Shown piece after piece: positions 17,326 to 24,000 of a stretch of 24,000 nt of DNA (position 1 is its first letter; each line of letters opens with the position of its first letter). The translations under genes and the position numbers were made by a program. Origin of the DNA: Stappiaceae bacterium. Its GTDB lineage: Bacteria; Pseudomonadota; Alphaproteobacteria; Rhizobiales; Stappiaceae. The DNA lies in contig JBLXBZ010000010.1 in NCBI GenBank assembly GCA_048265185.1, forward strand, positions 30,510 through 54,509, given 5' to 3'. A model generated the notes under the pieces. The model made no database searches, was not told where the DNA came from, and worked only from the letters and a program-made list of their open reading frames with translations.

Positions 17326-18125
17326 GGTATGGCGAAGGGGATTTTTCCAACTCATGGATGGAGGAATGGCGATGGTGCGATACTCTTTCGGTGGTTGAAG
17401 CGGCTATGTTGGCGGTTAATTTAAACCCTTCTGAACTTGAGCCTTCAACGGTTGACCGTTTATGGGAGGGGCGTTTTCATTTCATCGGCACAGAACACAG
17501 CCTAATAAAAAATCACATGCGGGCACCAAGATTTGTTCCTGTTTTTCGCGCCATTACAAGAGCGGTGACCGCGATGGAACTGGAGTGCGAGGCTGTGCAT
17601 CTCGCAAGACAATTGCCGATAAACACGGCCTTGAGCAGAGAGCTTGAAGAGTTCCCAATAGACGACGAGGGAGTGATTTCATATGATTTGTTGCTCGCTT
17701 CTAACGCTTTGGTTTCGGCAAATTTCGAGATACCCGAAGATAGCAATTCACGAAATTATTTTTTCAGACTGGAGCCTGATTGGGAGCGCACGACAGTCAA
17801 AATCGATAAGCTCCGAAGTTGGATAGAGGCAAAAGGCCTTCGGCCAAGGTTTTTCTTTCCAGAACCTTCTTCAGACACCGACGCCTTCAAAGATCAAACC
17901 CATGACCATTTTTCCGCTGAGTTAACTTTGGCGGTTAAGGCTTGGGAGGCGCTGGCTTCAACGCAAAAGTTCCCCAGAGGCGTTAAAGAAGCCGTTTCCG
18001 CATGGATAGACGCCAACCCAAATGCGTGGCGTGGAGAAGGCGAACTGTCCAACAACGCCAAAGATCGAATTATCACGCTCGTGAATTGGAAAAAAAGCGG
18101 TGGCGCGCCCTCAACCGGAGGATAA
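17322..18125 (+). CDS. Hypothetical protein (island-associated, no recognisable domain)
   Basis: 267-aa ORF whose ATG overlaps the integrase stop (ATGA at 17322-17325). Its composition is acidic. I recognise no motifs. Confidence 0.6.
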   Translation: MRYGEGDFSNSWMEEWRWCDTLSVVEAAMLAVNLNPSELEPSTVDRLWEGRFHFIGTEHSLIKNHMRAPRFVPVFRAITRAVTAMELECEAVHLARQLPINTALSRELEEFPIDDEGVISYDLLLASNALVSANFEIPEDSNSRNYFFRLEPDWERTTVKIDKLRSWIEAKGLRPRFFFPEPSSDTDAFKDQTHDHFSAELTLAVKAWEALASTQKFPRGVKEAVSAWIDANPNAWRGEGELSNNAKDRIITLVNWKKSGGAPSTGG

Positions 18126-18347
18126 CCATCCCCCTTTGCTCTTGAAACCTACCCCCTGATTAACCCATTGAACCTAAAGATATCTATAGTTGAAATGAGA
18201 CTTTCATTTAATCCCGCGCGTATGAACGGGAGGCTAATCATATGCGCAAAATAGGGTTAGTTATTTGAACCGAGCCCGCTATTTCATGCGGCATTGAACG
18301 CCTCATATTCCAATCATTCGCAACGCCAACTGATTGGAGCAAACAGC

Positions 18348-18524
18348 ATGGCGCAAACTTATCTTTCCGATCTTCAACTCGCCGCCCGCTATGGCGTTCA
18401 CCGATCGACGCCCTGGCGCTGGGCCAAGGTGGATCCGACCTTTCCCAAGCCTGTGACGTTATCGCGGGGGTGTACCCGTTGGAGTTTGTCCGAACTGGAA
18501 CTCTGGGAAGAAGCGCGGCGTTAG
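18348..18524 (+). CDS. AlpA-family phage/island regulatory protein (excisionase-like HTH)
   Basis: The 58-aa product MAQTYLSDLQLAARYGVHRSTPWRWAKVDPTFPKPVTLSRGCTRWSLSELELWEEARR fits the AlpA/Xis MerR-like HTH pattern (...S..T.YR....G.FP.P..L..R...W...E...W). GGAG lies 8 nt upstream of the ATG at 18348. Confidence 0.8.
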   Translation: MAQTYLSDLQLAARYGVHRSTPWRWAKVDPTFPKPVTLSRGCTRWSLSELELWEEARR

Positions 18525-18619
18525 ACCGCGCCTTTGAAACGAGGCCGCGGCTAATATCGTAAGTAGTGGAACATCACGATATTAGCCCCACCTCTTTCCT
18601 TGCAATTAATAAAGGAGCC

Positions 18620-18841
18620 ATGGATATGGCTAAACATGGCTCGGGCCATGCCCGTTATTCTATTGTCAAATTGAACGCCGTTCATGCCGAAACTTGGGAT
18701 AGAAAGCGTGGTCGTTGCGCGACTGTTTGCAACATCCACATAGGGCGTGAAGATTGCGCAGTTATCACCAATTTCAGCATGCCGGCCCGCTATGTCCTGC
18801 GACGCACAATTGCGCAGGCTTCGAAATGGGGGGTGGTGTAA
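18620..18841 (+). CDS. Small hypothetical protein (73 aa), possibly translationally coupled to the downstream HTH gene
   Basis: A strong RBS AAAGGAG lies 2 nt before the ATG at 18620, and the TAA stop overlaps the next ATG (TAATG at 18839-18843). No homology is recognised. A competing antisense ORF (18551-18850) lacks these signals. Confidence 0.4.
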   Translation: MDMAKHGSGHARYSIVKLNAVHAETWDRKRGRCATVCNIHIGREDCAVITNFSMPARYVLRRTIAQASKWGVV

Positions 18842-19284
18842 TGGCCCCAAAAAAATTCAAACGCGGAGGCGGTAAATTCGTGCAGCTTCCACATGCGCTG
18901 ATTGGCGAGTGGGAGCGCCTGAGGGTAAGCACCGGCGCGCGAGCCCTGCATATCGCATTAATCCATCGGTTTAATGGCCATAACAATGGACGCGTTTACC
19001 TGCCCAGCCGTGAAGCCGCCAAGGCGCTGGGCGTGTCGCGCAATACCGTGAGTGTTTATATTCATGAGCTTATAACCTGCGGCTTCATCGTCCAGACAAA
19101 GGGCGCGGCGCTAGGTGTGGAGGGCAAAGGACGCGCCGCCGAATGGCGCTTGACGCATTTACCCTGTGATGGAAAGTCGCCCACTGCGGAATATCGAAAA
19201 ACAGAAACCCGGAGCAAAAACCGTGCATCCCCTGCACGGAAACCATGCCAAGGGCAGAAAAAGAACGAAAATTCCTTGGCTTAA
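18841..19284 (+). CDS. Helix-turn-helix DNA-binding protein (island replication/regulation-type)
   Basis: The 147-aa product has an HTH core (SREAAKALGVSRNTVSVYIHELITCGFI) and a basic C-terminal tail. A G-rich RBS precedes the ATG at 18841. The ORF-track start at 18754 is less likely. Confidence 0.65.
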   Translation: MAPKKFKRGGGKFVQLPHALIGEWERLRVSTGARALHIALIHRFNGHNNGRVYLPSREAAKALGVSRNTVSVYIHELITCGFIVQTKGAALGVEGKGRAAEWRLTHLPCDGKSPTAEYRKTETRSKNRASPARKPCQGQKKNENSLA

Positions 19285-19331
19285 AAACCGTGCCAAAGCG
19301 CGCCCGGTTCCCTGCTCTAAAACCGTGCCAA
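19216..19331. repeat. Four iteron-like direct repeats AAACC(G/A)TGC(C/A)A, plus one 7-bp inverted repeat
   Basis: The AACC cores start at 19219, 19241, 19286 and 19321, giving spacings of 22, 45 and 35 bp. Copy 1 is also part of the inverted repeat CCGTGCA-tcccc-TGCACGG (19221-19239). The array spans the 3' end of the HTH gene and the region upstream of the methyltransferase gene. Confidence 0.5.
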
Positions 19332-19666
19332 TCTTACATCTAGCCATAGGCATAAGAGTTTTCTTTCTACGCATACGAGCTATTTCACAGTGGAGAAATA
19401 CGCGGACCGAGCTTGTTCTGCTTCAATCCCGGAACAAAATCGGCTTGAGTGAAAAAGATCAATGCTGGTTACTCGATTAATGTGCGCGAACTTCTTCTTA
19501 TGATGCTCCTGATAATTTTAGGACCAATACGCGCGCGAGCGACCAATTCCGCAATGCGCATCGAAGAAAAATTCTACTGTGTGGAGTAGAGTTTTCAAGA
19601 TGCATCACTTGGTGGATAAGGCTACATTGGCAAAAAATACCGAATAAGCTGGAAGGTTGCACGAAC

Positions 19667-22420
19667 ATGAACGCTGTTGAGATCGAAGAAGCCATATCGG
19701 CATTGGCTGAACTTCCTTTCGACGCTGAAGAATTTCCGTTCGCCTTCCTTGAAGCCTTTGGCAATAAAGCCACGACGATCAAACGTTTGCGCAGTGGATC
19801 ATCCAACAAATCTGACCACGGCGGGGTTCTTCAAACCAATAATATCCATTTGAAGGTTTGCGAGACAGGAGCGGTCACTGCCACTCTTGCACAGCTCAAG
19901 CAAAGTCCCGCCACCACCAAGGCCAAGGCGAAATTCGTGCTGGCCACCGATGGCAGAGACCTTGAGGCGGAAGACCTGAACACCGGCGAGACGATTGCCT
20001 GCGCCTATACTGACTTTCCCGATCACTTTGGCTTTTTCCTGCCACTGGCTGGCATTTCCACCGTCAAGCAAATCCGCGAAAGCGCCTTTGACATCAAGGC
20101 GACCGGACGGCTCAATCGGCTGTATGTGGAGTTGCTGAAAGACAACCCTGAATGGGGCCGTGCGGAACGCCGTCACGATTTGAACCACTTCATGGCGCGG
20201 TTAATCTTCTGCTTCTTTGCTGAAGACACCGATATTTTGAATAGCGAGGATCTGTTTACCGCCACCATTAGTCAAATGTCGGGCCGCGATAGCGCCAACA
20301 CCCATGAGGTGATCAGCGAAATTTTCCGCGCCATGAATACGCCGATTGCCGAACGGGCAAAGGCAAATCTGCCGCGTTGGGCCGATGCGTTTCCTTATGT
20401 CAATGGCGGCCTGTTTTCAGGCAGTACAGACGTGCCGCGCTTTTCCAAGATTACGCGCTCTTACCTGATTCATATCGGCAGTCTCGACTGGACAAAGATC
20501 AATCCCGATATCTTTGGTTCAATGATTCAAGCGGTTGCCGATGATGAAGAGCGCGGCGCGCTTGGCATGCACTACACCTCCGTGCCCAATATTCTGAAAG
20601 TGCTGAACCCGCTGTTTCTCGATGATTTGCGCGAGAAGCTGGAAGAGGCAGGCGACAATCGGCGCAAACTCAAGAACCTGCGGGAACGGATGGCCAAGAT
20701 CAGGGTATTCGATCCGGCCTGCGGATCGGGCAACTTTCTTGTCATTGCCTATAAGGAAATGCGCGCCATAGAAGCGGAGATCAACCGTCGCCGTGGTGAA
20801 AGCGCCCGCAAGACGGATATTCCGCTGACCAACTATCGCGGGATCGAGCTGCGTGACTTCCCCGCCGAGATTGCCCGTCTGGCGCTGATTATTGCCGAAT
20901 ATCAGTGCGATGTGACCTGGCGCGGTCAAAAGCAGGCTTTGGCCGAGTTCCTGCCGCTCAATGCTGAAAACTGGATCACCTGCGGCAACGCTTTGAGGCT
21001 CGACTGGCTGAGCATTTGTCCTCCGACTGGGACAGGCGTGAAGCACCATGCCGATGATTTGTTCATGTCGCCCGTCGATCAAGCCGAGATTGACTTCGAG
21101 AACGAAGGTGGAGAGACTTATATTTGTGGCAATCCGCCCTATCTCGGCTCAACATGGCAGAGCAAAGAGCAAAAGGAAGATCTGGGCCGCATTTTCGAAG
21201 GCCGGGTCAAAAGCTGGAAGTCGCTTGATTATGTTGCCGGCTGGTTTATGAAAGCCGCTGATTACGGGCAGCACACGCCAACCGTTTCGGCCTTTGTGTC
21301 CACCAACTCCATTTGTCAGGGACAGCAGGTGCCAATCCTGTGGCCGGAGATATTCAACACCGGGCACAAAATCGCCTTCGCCCATACATCGTTCAAATGG
21401 AACAATCTCGCCAGTCACAATGCAGGCGTCACCGTGGTGATTGTTGCAATTGCGCGTGGCACGCTTAAAGCACGACGGCTGTTTTCCGAAACCAAAGCCA
21501 ATGGCGCAGAAGAGCGGCAGGTTGAAAATATCAATGCCTATCTCGTAGCCGGGCCGAATGTTGATCTCCAAAAGTCTACACAACCAATCAATGGTGTAAC
21601 CGCTATGGATCGAGGCGAAAGCGCGGTCGACGGCGGTGGTTTGCTGCTATCAGGAGATGAAGCCGAAGCGATACGAATCGAAAATGCGACAGCGTATAAA
21701 AAATTCGTTAGGCCTTATATCGGCTCAGAGGAGCTTATTAATGGAAAAACCAGATTTGCTCTGTGGATTAAGGACACAGACGCAGTCAAAGCGGCGGATA
21801 CGGCACTTATCGCAGCTCGTCTTGTTCAAGTGAAAAACATGCGAGCCACCAGCAAAAAGTCACAAACGCAAGATGCGGCGGCATGGCCGCATCGTTTCGG
21901 TGAAGTCCGACACAAGCCATCTGATTACACGATCGTGGTCCCACGGGTGAGTTCTGAGAACCGCGATTTTCTGCCCGTTGGCATCGTTAAGGGCGGCACA
22001 ATTATCGGCGACCGAAACTTCGCCCTCTATGATGCCCCGCTATGGAACATGGCGTTGATCGCCTCGCGCCTGCACTGGGTCTGGATCGGAACGGTCTGTG
22101 TGCGAATGCGAACCGACTTTAGCTATTCCAACACTCTCGGCTGGAACACCTTTCCTGTTCCCAAACTCACTGAAAAAAACCGAGAAGACCTGACCCGATG
22201 CGCCGAAGACATCCTTCTGGCGCGCGAGGCGCATTTCCCGGCCACCATTGCCGATCTCTATGACCCGGAAAAAATGCCCGAAAACCTGCGCGCCGCCCAC
22301 GCCCGCAACGACGAGACCCTTGAGCGCATCTATATCGGCCGCCGCTTCAAAAACGACACGGAACGGCTGGAAAAACTGTTCGACATGTACACCAAGATGA
22401 CGACGAAGGTGAGCGCATGA
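19667..22420 (+). CDS. MmeI-family (type IIL/IIG-like) N6-adenine DNA methyltransferase fusion protein; N-terminal nuclease motif apparently degenerate
   Basis: 917 aa, against about 919 for MmeI. Matches to the MmeI sequence as I recall it run along the whole length. These include FMARLIFCFFAEDT (helical spacer), NPDIFGSMIQ...GMHYTSVPNILKV, SAM motif I VFDPACGSGNFL (D at 20711), catalytic motif IV NPPY (21131-21142), FVSTNSICQGQQV..LWP and the C-terminal LYDPEKMPENLRAAH...LFDMYTKMT. Confidence 0.9.
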   Translation: MNAVEIEEAISALAELPFDAEEFPFAFLEAFGNKATTIKRLRSGSSNKSDHGGVLQTNNIHLKVCETGAVTATLAQLKQSPATTKAKAKFVLATDGRDLEAEDLNTGETIACAYTDFPDHFGFFLPLAGISTVKQIRESAFDIKATGRLNRLYVELLKDNPEWGRAERRHDLNHFMARLIFCFFAEDTDILNSEDLFTATISQMSGRDSANTHEVISEIFRAMNTPIAERAKANLPRWADAFPYVNGGLFSGSTDVPRFSKITRSYLIHIGSLDWTKINPDIFGSMIQAVADDEERGALGMHYTSVPNILKVLNPLFLDDLREKLEEAGDNRRKLKNLRERMAKIRVFDPACGSGNFLVIAYKEMRAIEAEINRRRGESARKTDIPLTNYRGIELRDFPAEIARLALIIAEYQCDVTWRGQKQALAEFLPLNAENWITCGNALRLDWLSICPPTGTGVKHHADDLFMSPVDQAEIDFENEGGETYICGNPPYLGSTWQSKEQKEDLGRIFEGRVKSWKSLDYVAGWFMKAADYGQHTPTVSAFVSTNSICQGQQVPILWPEIFNTGHKIAFAHTSFKWNNLASHNAGVTVVIVAIARGTLKARRLFSETKANGAEERQVENINAYLVAGPNVDLQKSTQPINGVTAMDRGESAVDGGGLLLSGDEAEAIRIENATAYKKFVRPYIGSEELINGKTRFALWIKDTDAVKAADTALIAARLVQVKNMRATSKKSQTQDAAAWPHRFGEVRHKPSDYTIVVPRVSSENRDFLPVGIVKGGTIIGDRNFALYDAPLWNMALIASRLHWVWIGTVCVRMRTDFSYSNTLGWNTFPVPKLTEKNREDLTRCAEDILLAREAHFPATIADLYDPEKMPENLRAAHARNDETLERIYIGRRFKNDTERLEKLFDMYTKMTTKVSA

Positions 22421-23889
22421 CGCCTGACCCTGTGATGAGCGCGCAGCGCACCCGCAAACTGATCGATGATCTGCGCGCCAAGCCTGCGGAAACGTCGTGG
22501 ATCGAGTTCAAGGAAAATAACGTCGGCGGGCCGCTGATCGGCAAGCTGATCTCGGCCCTGTCCAACGCCGCGCGTCTGGCCGATCAACATTTCGCCTATG
22601 TCGTATGGGGCGTGCGCGACAGCGACCACGCGGTTGTCGGCACCACTTTTGAACCTACGGTGAAAAAAGAGAAAGGCCAGCCGCTGGAATTTTGGATCGC
22701 CAATCACCTCCAGCCAAGCATCGAGCTCCGGTTTGAAGAAGTGGATCACGATGGCCAGCGCCTGATCCTGTTGACGATCCCCGCTGCCGCCACAGCGCCC
22801 GTTGAATTTGACCGCACCGCCTATCTGCGCATTGGCAGCGCCACGCCCCGCCTGTCCGACCACCCCGAGCGCCTACGTGCCCTCTGGGCAAAGCTACAGC
22901 CCTATGCGTGGGAGACAGGCATCGCCGCGCAGTTTCTGACCGGTGATGAGGTTTTGGCGCGGTTGGACTATGCCAACTATTTCGATCTGACTGCACAACC
23001 CTTACCTGATAACAGACAAGGGATATTCGATAAGCTGTTGGCGGATCGCCTGATCCAGAAAGACGTGAGTGACCATTGGAACATCACCAATCTCGGCGCG
23101 ATCCTCTATGCCAAAAAGTTGGCCGATTTTGGCCCTTCGGTAGAGCGTAAAGGTGTTCGCTTTGTAGCCTATGTAGGCACCGGCCGTGCAGATGATGTGG
23201 TCCATCGCCATGACGGCCAGCGCGGCTATGCAGCAGGATTTCAAGGGTTGGTGAATTACATCGACGGCCTTTTGCCGCGTAACGAGCTTATCGGAAAAGC
23301 CTTCCGCGAGGAACGCCCGCTTTACCCCTCAATCTCGATCCGCGAAGTAATCGCCAATGCGTTGATCCACCAAGACATGACGATCACCGGAGCCGGGCCG
23401 CTGATCGAACTATTCAGCGACCGGATGGAGATTACCAACCCCGGCGCGCCATTGGTCAGTCCGGATCGTTTTCTGGATTCGCCCCCACGATCACGCAACG
23501 AGGCCCTTGCATCACTGATGCGGCGTATGAAGCTGTGTGAAGAACAAGGCACCGGTATCGACAAGGTGATCACGGCAGTCGAGCTCCACCAGTTACCTCC
23601 ACCGGACTTCCGCAGGGAAGGCGACGCCGTGCGTGTCGTTCTGTTTGCCCCGCGTCGCTTTGCCGATATGACGCCAGAAGAGGCTGTGCGGGCCTGTTTC
23701 CAGCACGCCGCGCTGAAATATATAGGCGGCCAGAAGATGACGAACGCCACGCTGCGCGAACGGCTCGGCATCGACGATCAGAACGCTGCGCAGGCGTCAC
23801 GGGTGATCCGCACGACATTGGATGCCGGCTTGATCCGGCCAGCCGATTCAGAGCGCCCGCGTGCCGGCTATGTACCTGCATGGGCGTGA
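22417..23889 (+). CDS. AlbA_2 (Schlafen-like) domain protein with HATPase_c_4-like and C-terminal winged-HTH regions (COG2865-type 'ATP-binding protein/putative transcriptional regulator')
   Basis: 490-aa ORF. Its N-terminus ETSWIEFKEN...ISALSNA...YVVWGV fits the AlbA_2 pattern (E..EfK). The middle block IREVIANALIHQDM...DRMEITNPG...SRNEALASLMRRMKLCEEQGTGIDKV fits HATPase_c_4. The C-terminus TNATLRERLGI...ASRVI is an HTH. Its start overlaps the methyltransferase stop (ATGA at 22417-22420). Confidence 0.85.
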   Translation: MTPDPVMSAQRTRKLIDDLRAKPAETSWIEFKENNVGGPLIGKLISALSNAARLADQHFAYVVWGVRDSDHAVVGTTFEPTVKKEKGQPLEFWIANHLQPSIELRFEEVDHDGQRLILLTIPAAATAPVEFDRTAYLRIGSATPRLSDHPERLRALWAKLQPYAWETGIAAQFLTGDEVLARLDYANYFDLTAQPLPDNRQGIFDKLLADRLIQKDVSDHWNITNLGAILYAKKLADFGPSVERKGVRFVAYVGTGRADDVVHRHDGQRGYAAGFQGLVNYIDGLLPRNELIGKAFREERPLYPSISIREVIANALIHQDMTITGAGPLIELFSDRMEITNPGAPLVSPDRFLDSPPRSRNEALASLMRRMKLCEEQGTGIDKVITAVELHQLPPPDFRREGDAVRVVLFAPRRFADMTPEEAVRACFQHAALKYIGGQKMTNATLRERLGIDDQNAAQASRVIRTTLDAGLIRPADSERPRAGYVPAWA

Positions 23890-24000
23890 GCGGGAAAAGA
23901 TTTGATCGGGTTTTGATTGAGGCGATGCCGGTAGGAGGGTTTGGTTTGAAAAAAAGTTATAAATCAATGTTTTATGATGGTTTCAGAGTGGAGAGATTAC

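Larger units (their letters stand above)
16033..23889 (+). mobile_element. Integrase-headed genomic island (minimum extent; attL/attR not identified; right end may lie beyond the window)
   Basis: The gene set is co-directional: integrase, unknown, AlpA-like, small ORF, HTH protein, MmeI-family methyltransferase, AlbA_2-type protein. This is the typical layout of P4-like defence islands. IS debris lies immediately upstream. No flanking tRNA or direct repeat was found by eye. Confidence 0.6.

Noticed and set aside
18551-18850. 99-aa minus-strand ORF overlapping the 73-aa plus-strand small ORF
   Set aside because: It has no RBS and opposes the orientation of every other island gene. The plus-strand alternative has a strong AAAGGAG RBS and a stop/start overlap with the next gene.
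1-24000. CRISPR arrays, rRNA genes, retron or reverse-transcriptase elements, toxin-antitoxin pairs
   Set aside because: I saw no regularly spaced 25-40-bp direct repeats, no rRNA-like conserved stretches, no RT motifs (YxDD) in any ORF, and no small adjacent gene pairs with recognisable toxin or antitoxin folds.

Overview
The window looks like proteobacterial chromosome, probably alphaproteobacterial given the Bug/TctC-type transporter genes and codon style, but that is not proven. It splits into three blocks. (1) 1-9400 is an ordinary-looking catabolic/transport neighbourhood. The minus-strand operon carries an RraA/HMG-aldolase-like gene, tctB, tctA and a DUF1932 NAD-binding dehydrogenase, followed by an ArsO-like flavin monooxygenase. 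The divergent plus-strand set is an IclR regulator, an MFS transporter, a PIG-L/LmbE-type hydrolase and tctC, ending in a clean terminator. (2) 9400-15600 is AT-rich and mosaic. It holds a paired SMR efflux operon plus a MarR regulator that share a 24-bp palindromic box. It also holds a 1094-aa membrane sensor (Cache-like, PAS, GGDEF, EAL, C-terminal CZB zinc-binding domain) bracketed by dead IS fragments: the 5' end of IS21 istA and two IS3-family orfA remnants. (3) 16033 to at least 23889 is an integrase-headed genomic island. It contains a P4-type tyrosine integrase with one in-frame TGA, a 267-aa unknown, an AlpA-like excisionase/regulator, a small coupled ORF, an HTH protein ending in iteron-like repeats, and a cargo pair. 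The cargo is a 917-aa MmeI-family (type IIL-like) DNA methyltransferase fusion whose N-terminal nuclease motif looks degenerate. It overlaps by ATGA a 490-aa AlbA_2/Schlafen-like + HATPase_c_4-like + wHTH protein. This pair is my best candidate for an undescribed defence-type system. I found no rRNA, tRNA, tmRNA or CRISPR array. All calls come from reading the ORF translations and DNA by eye; no database search was run.
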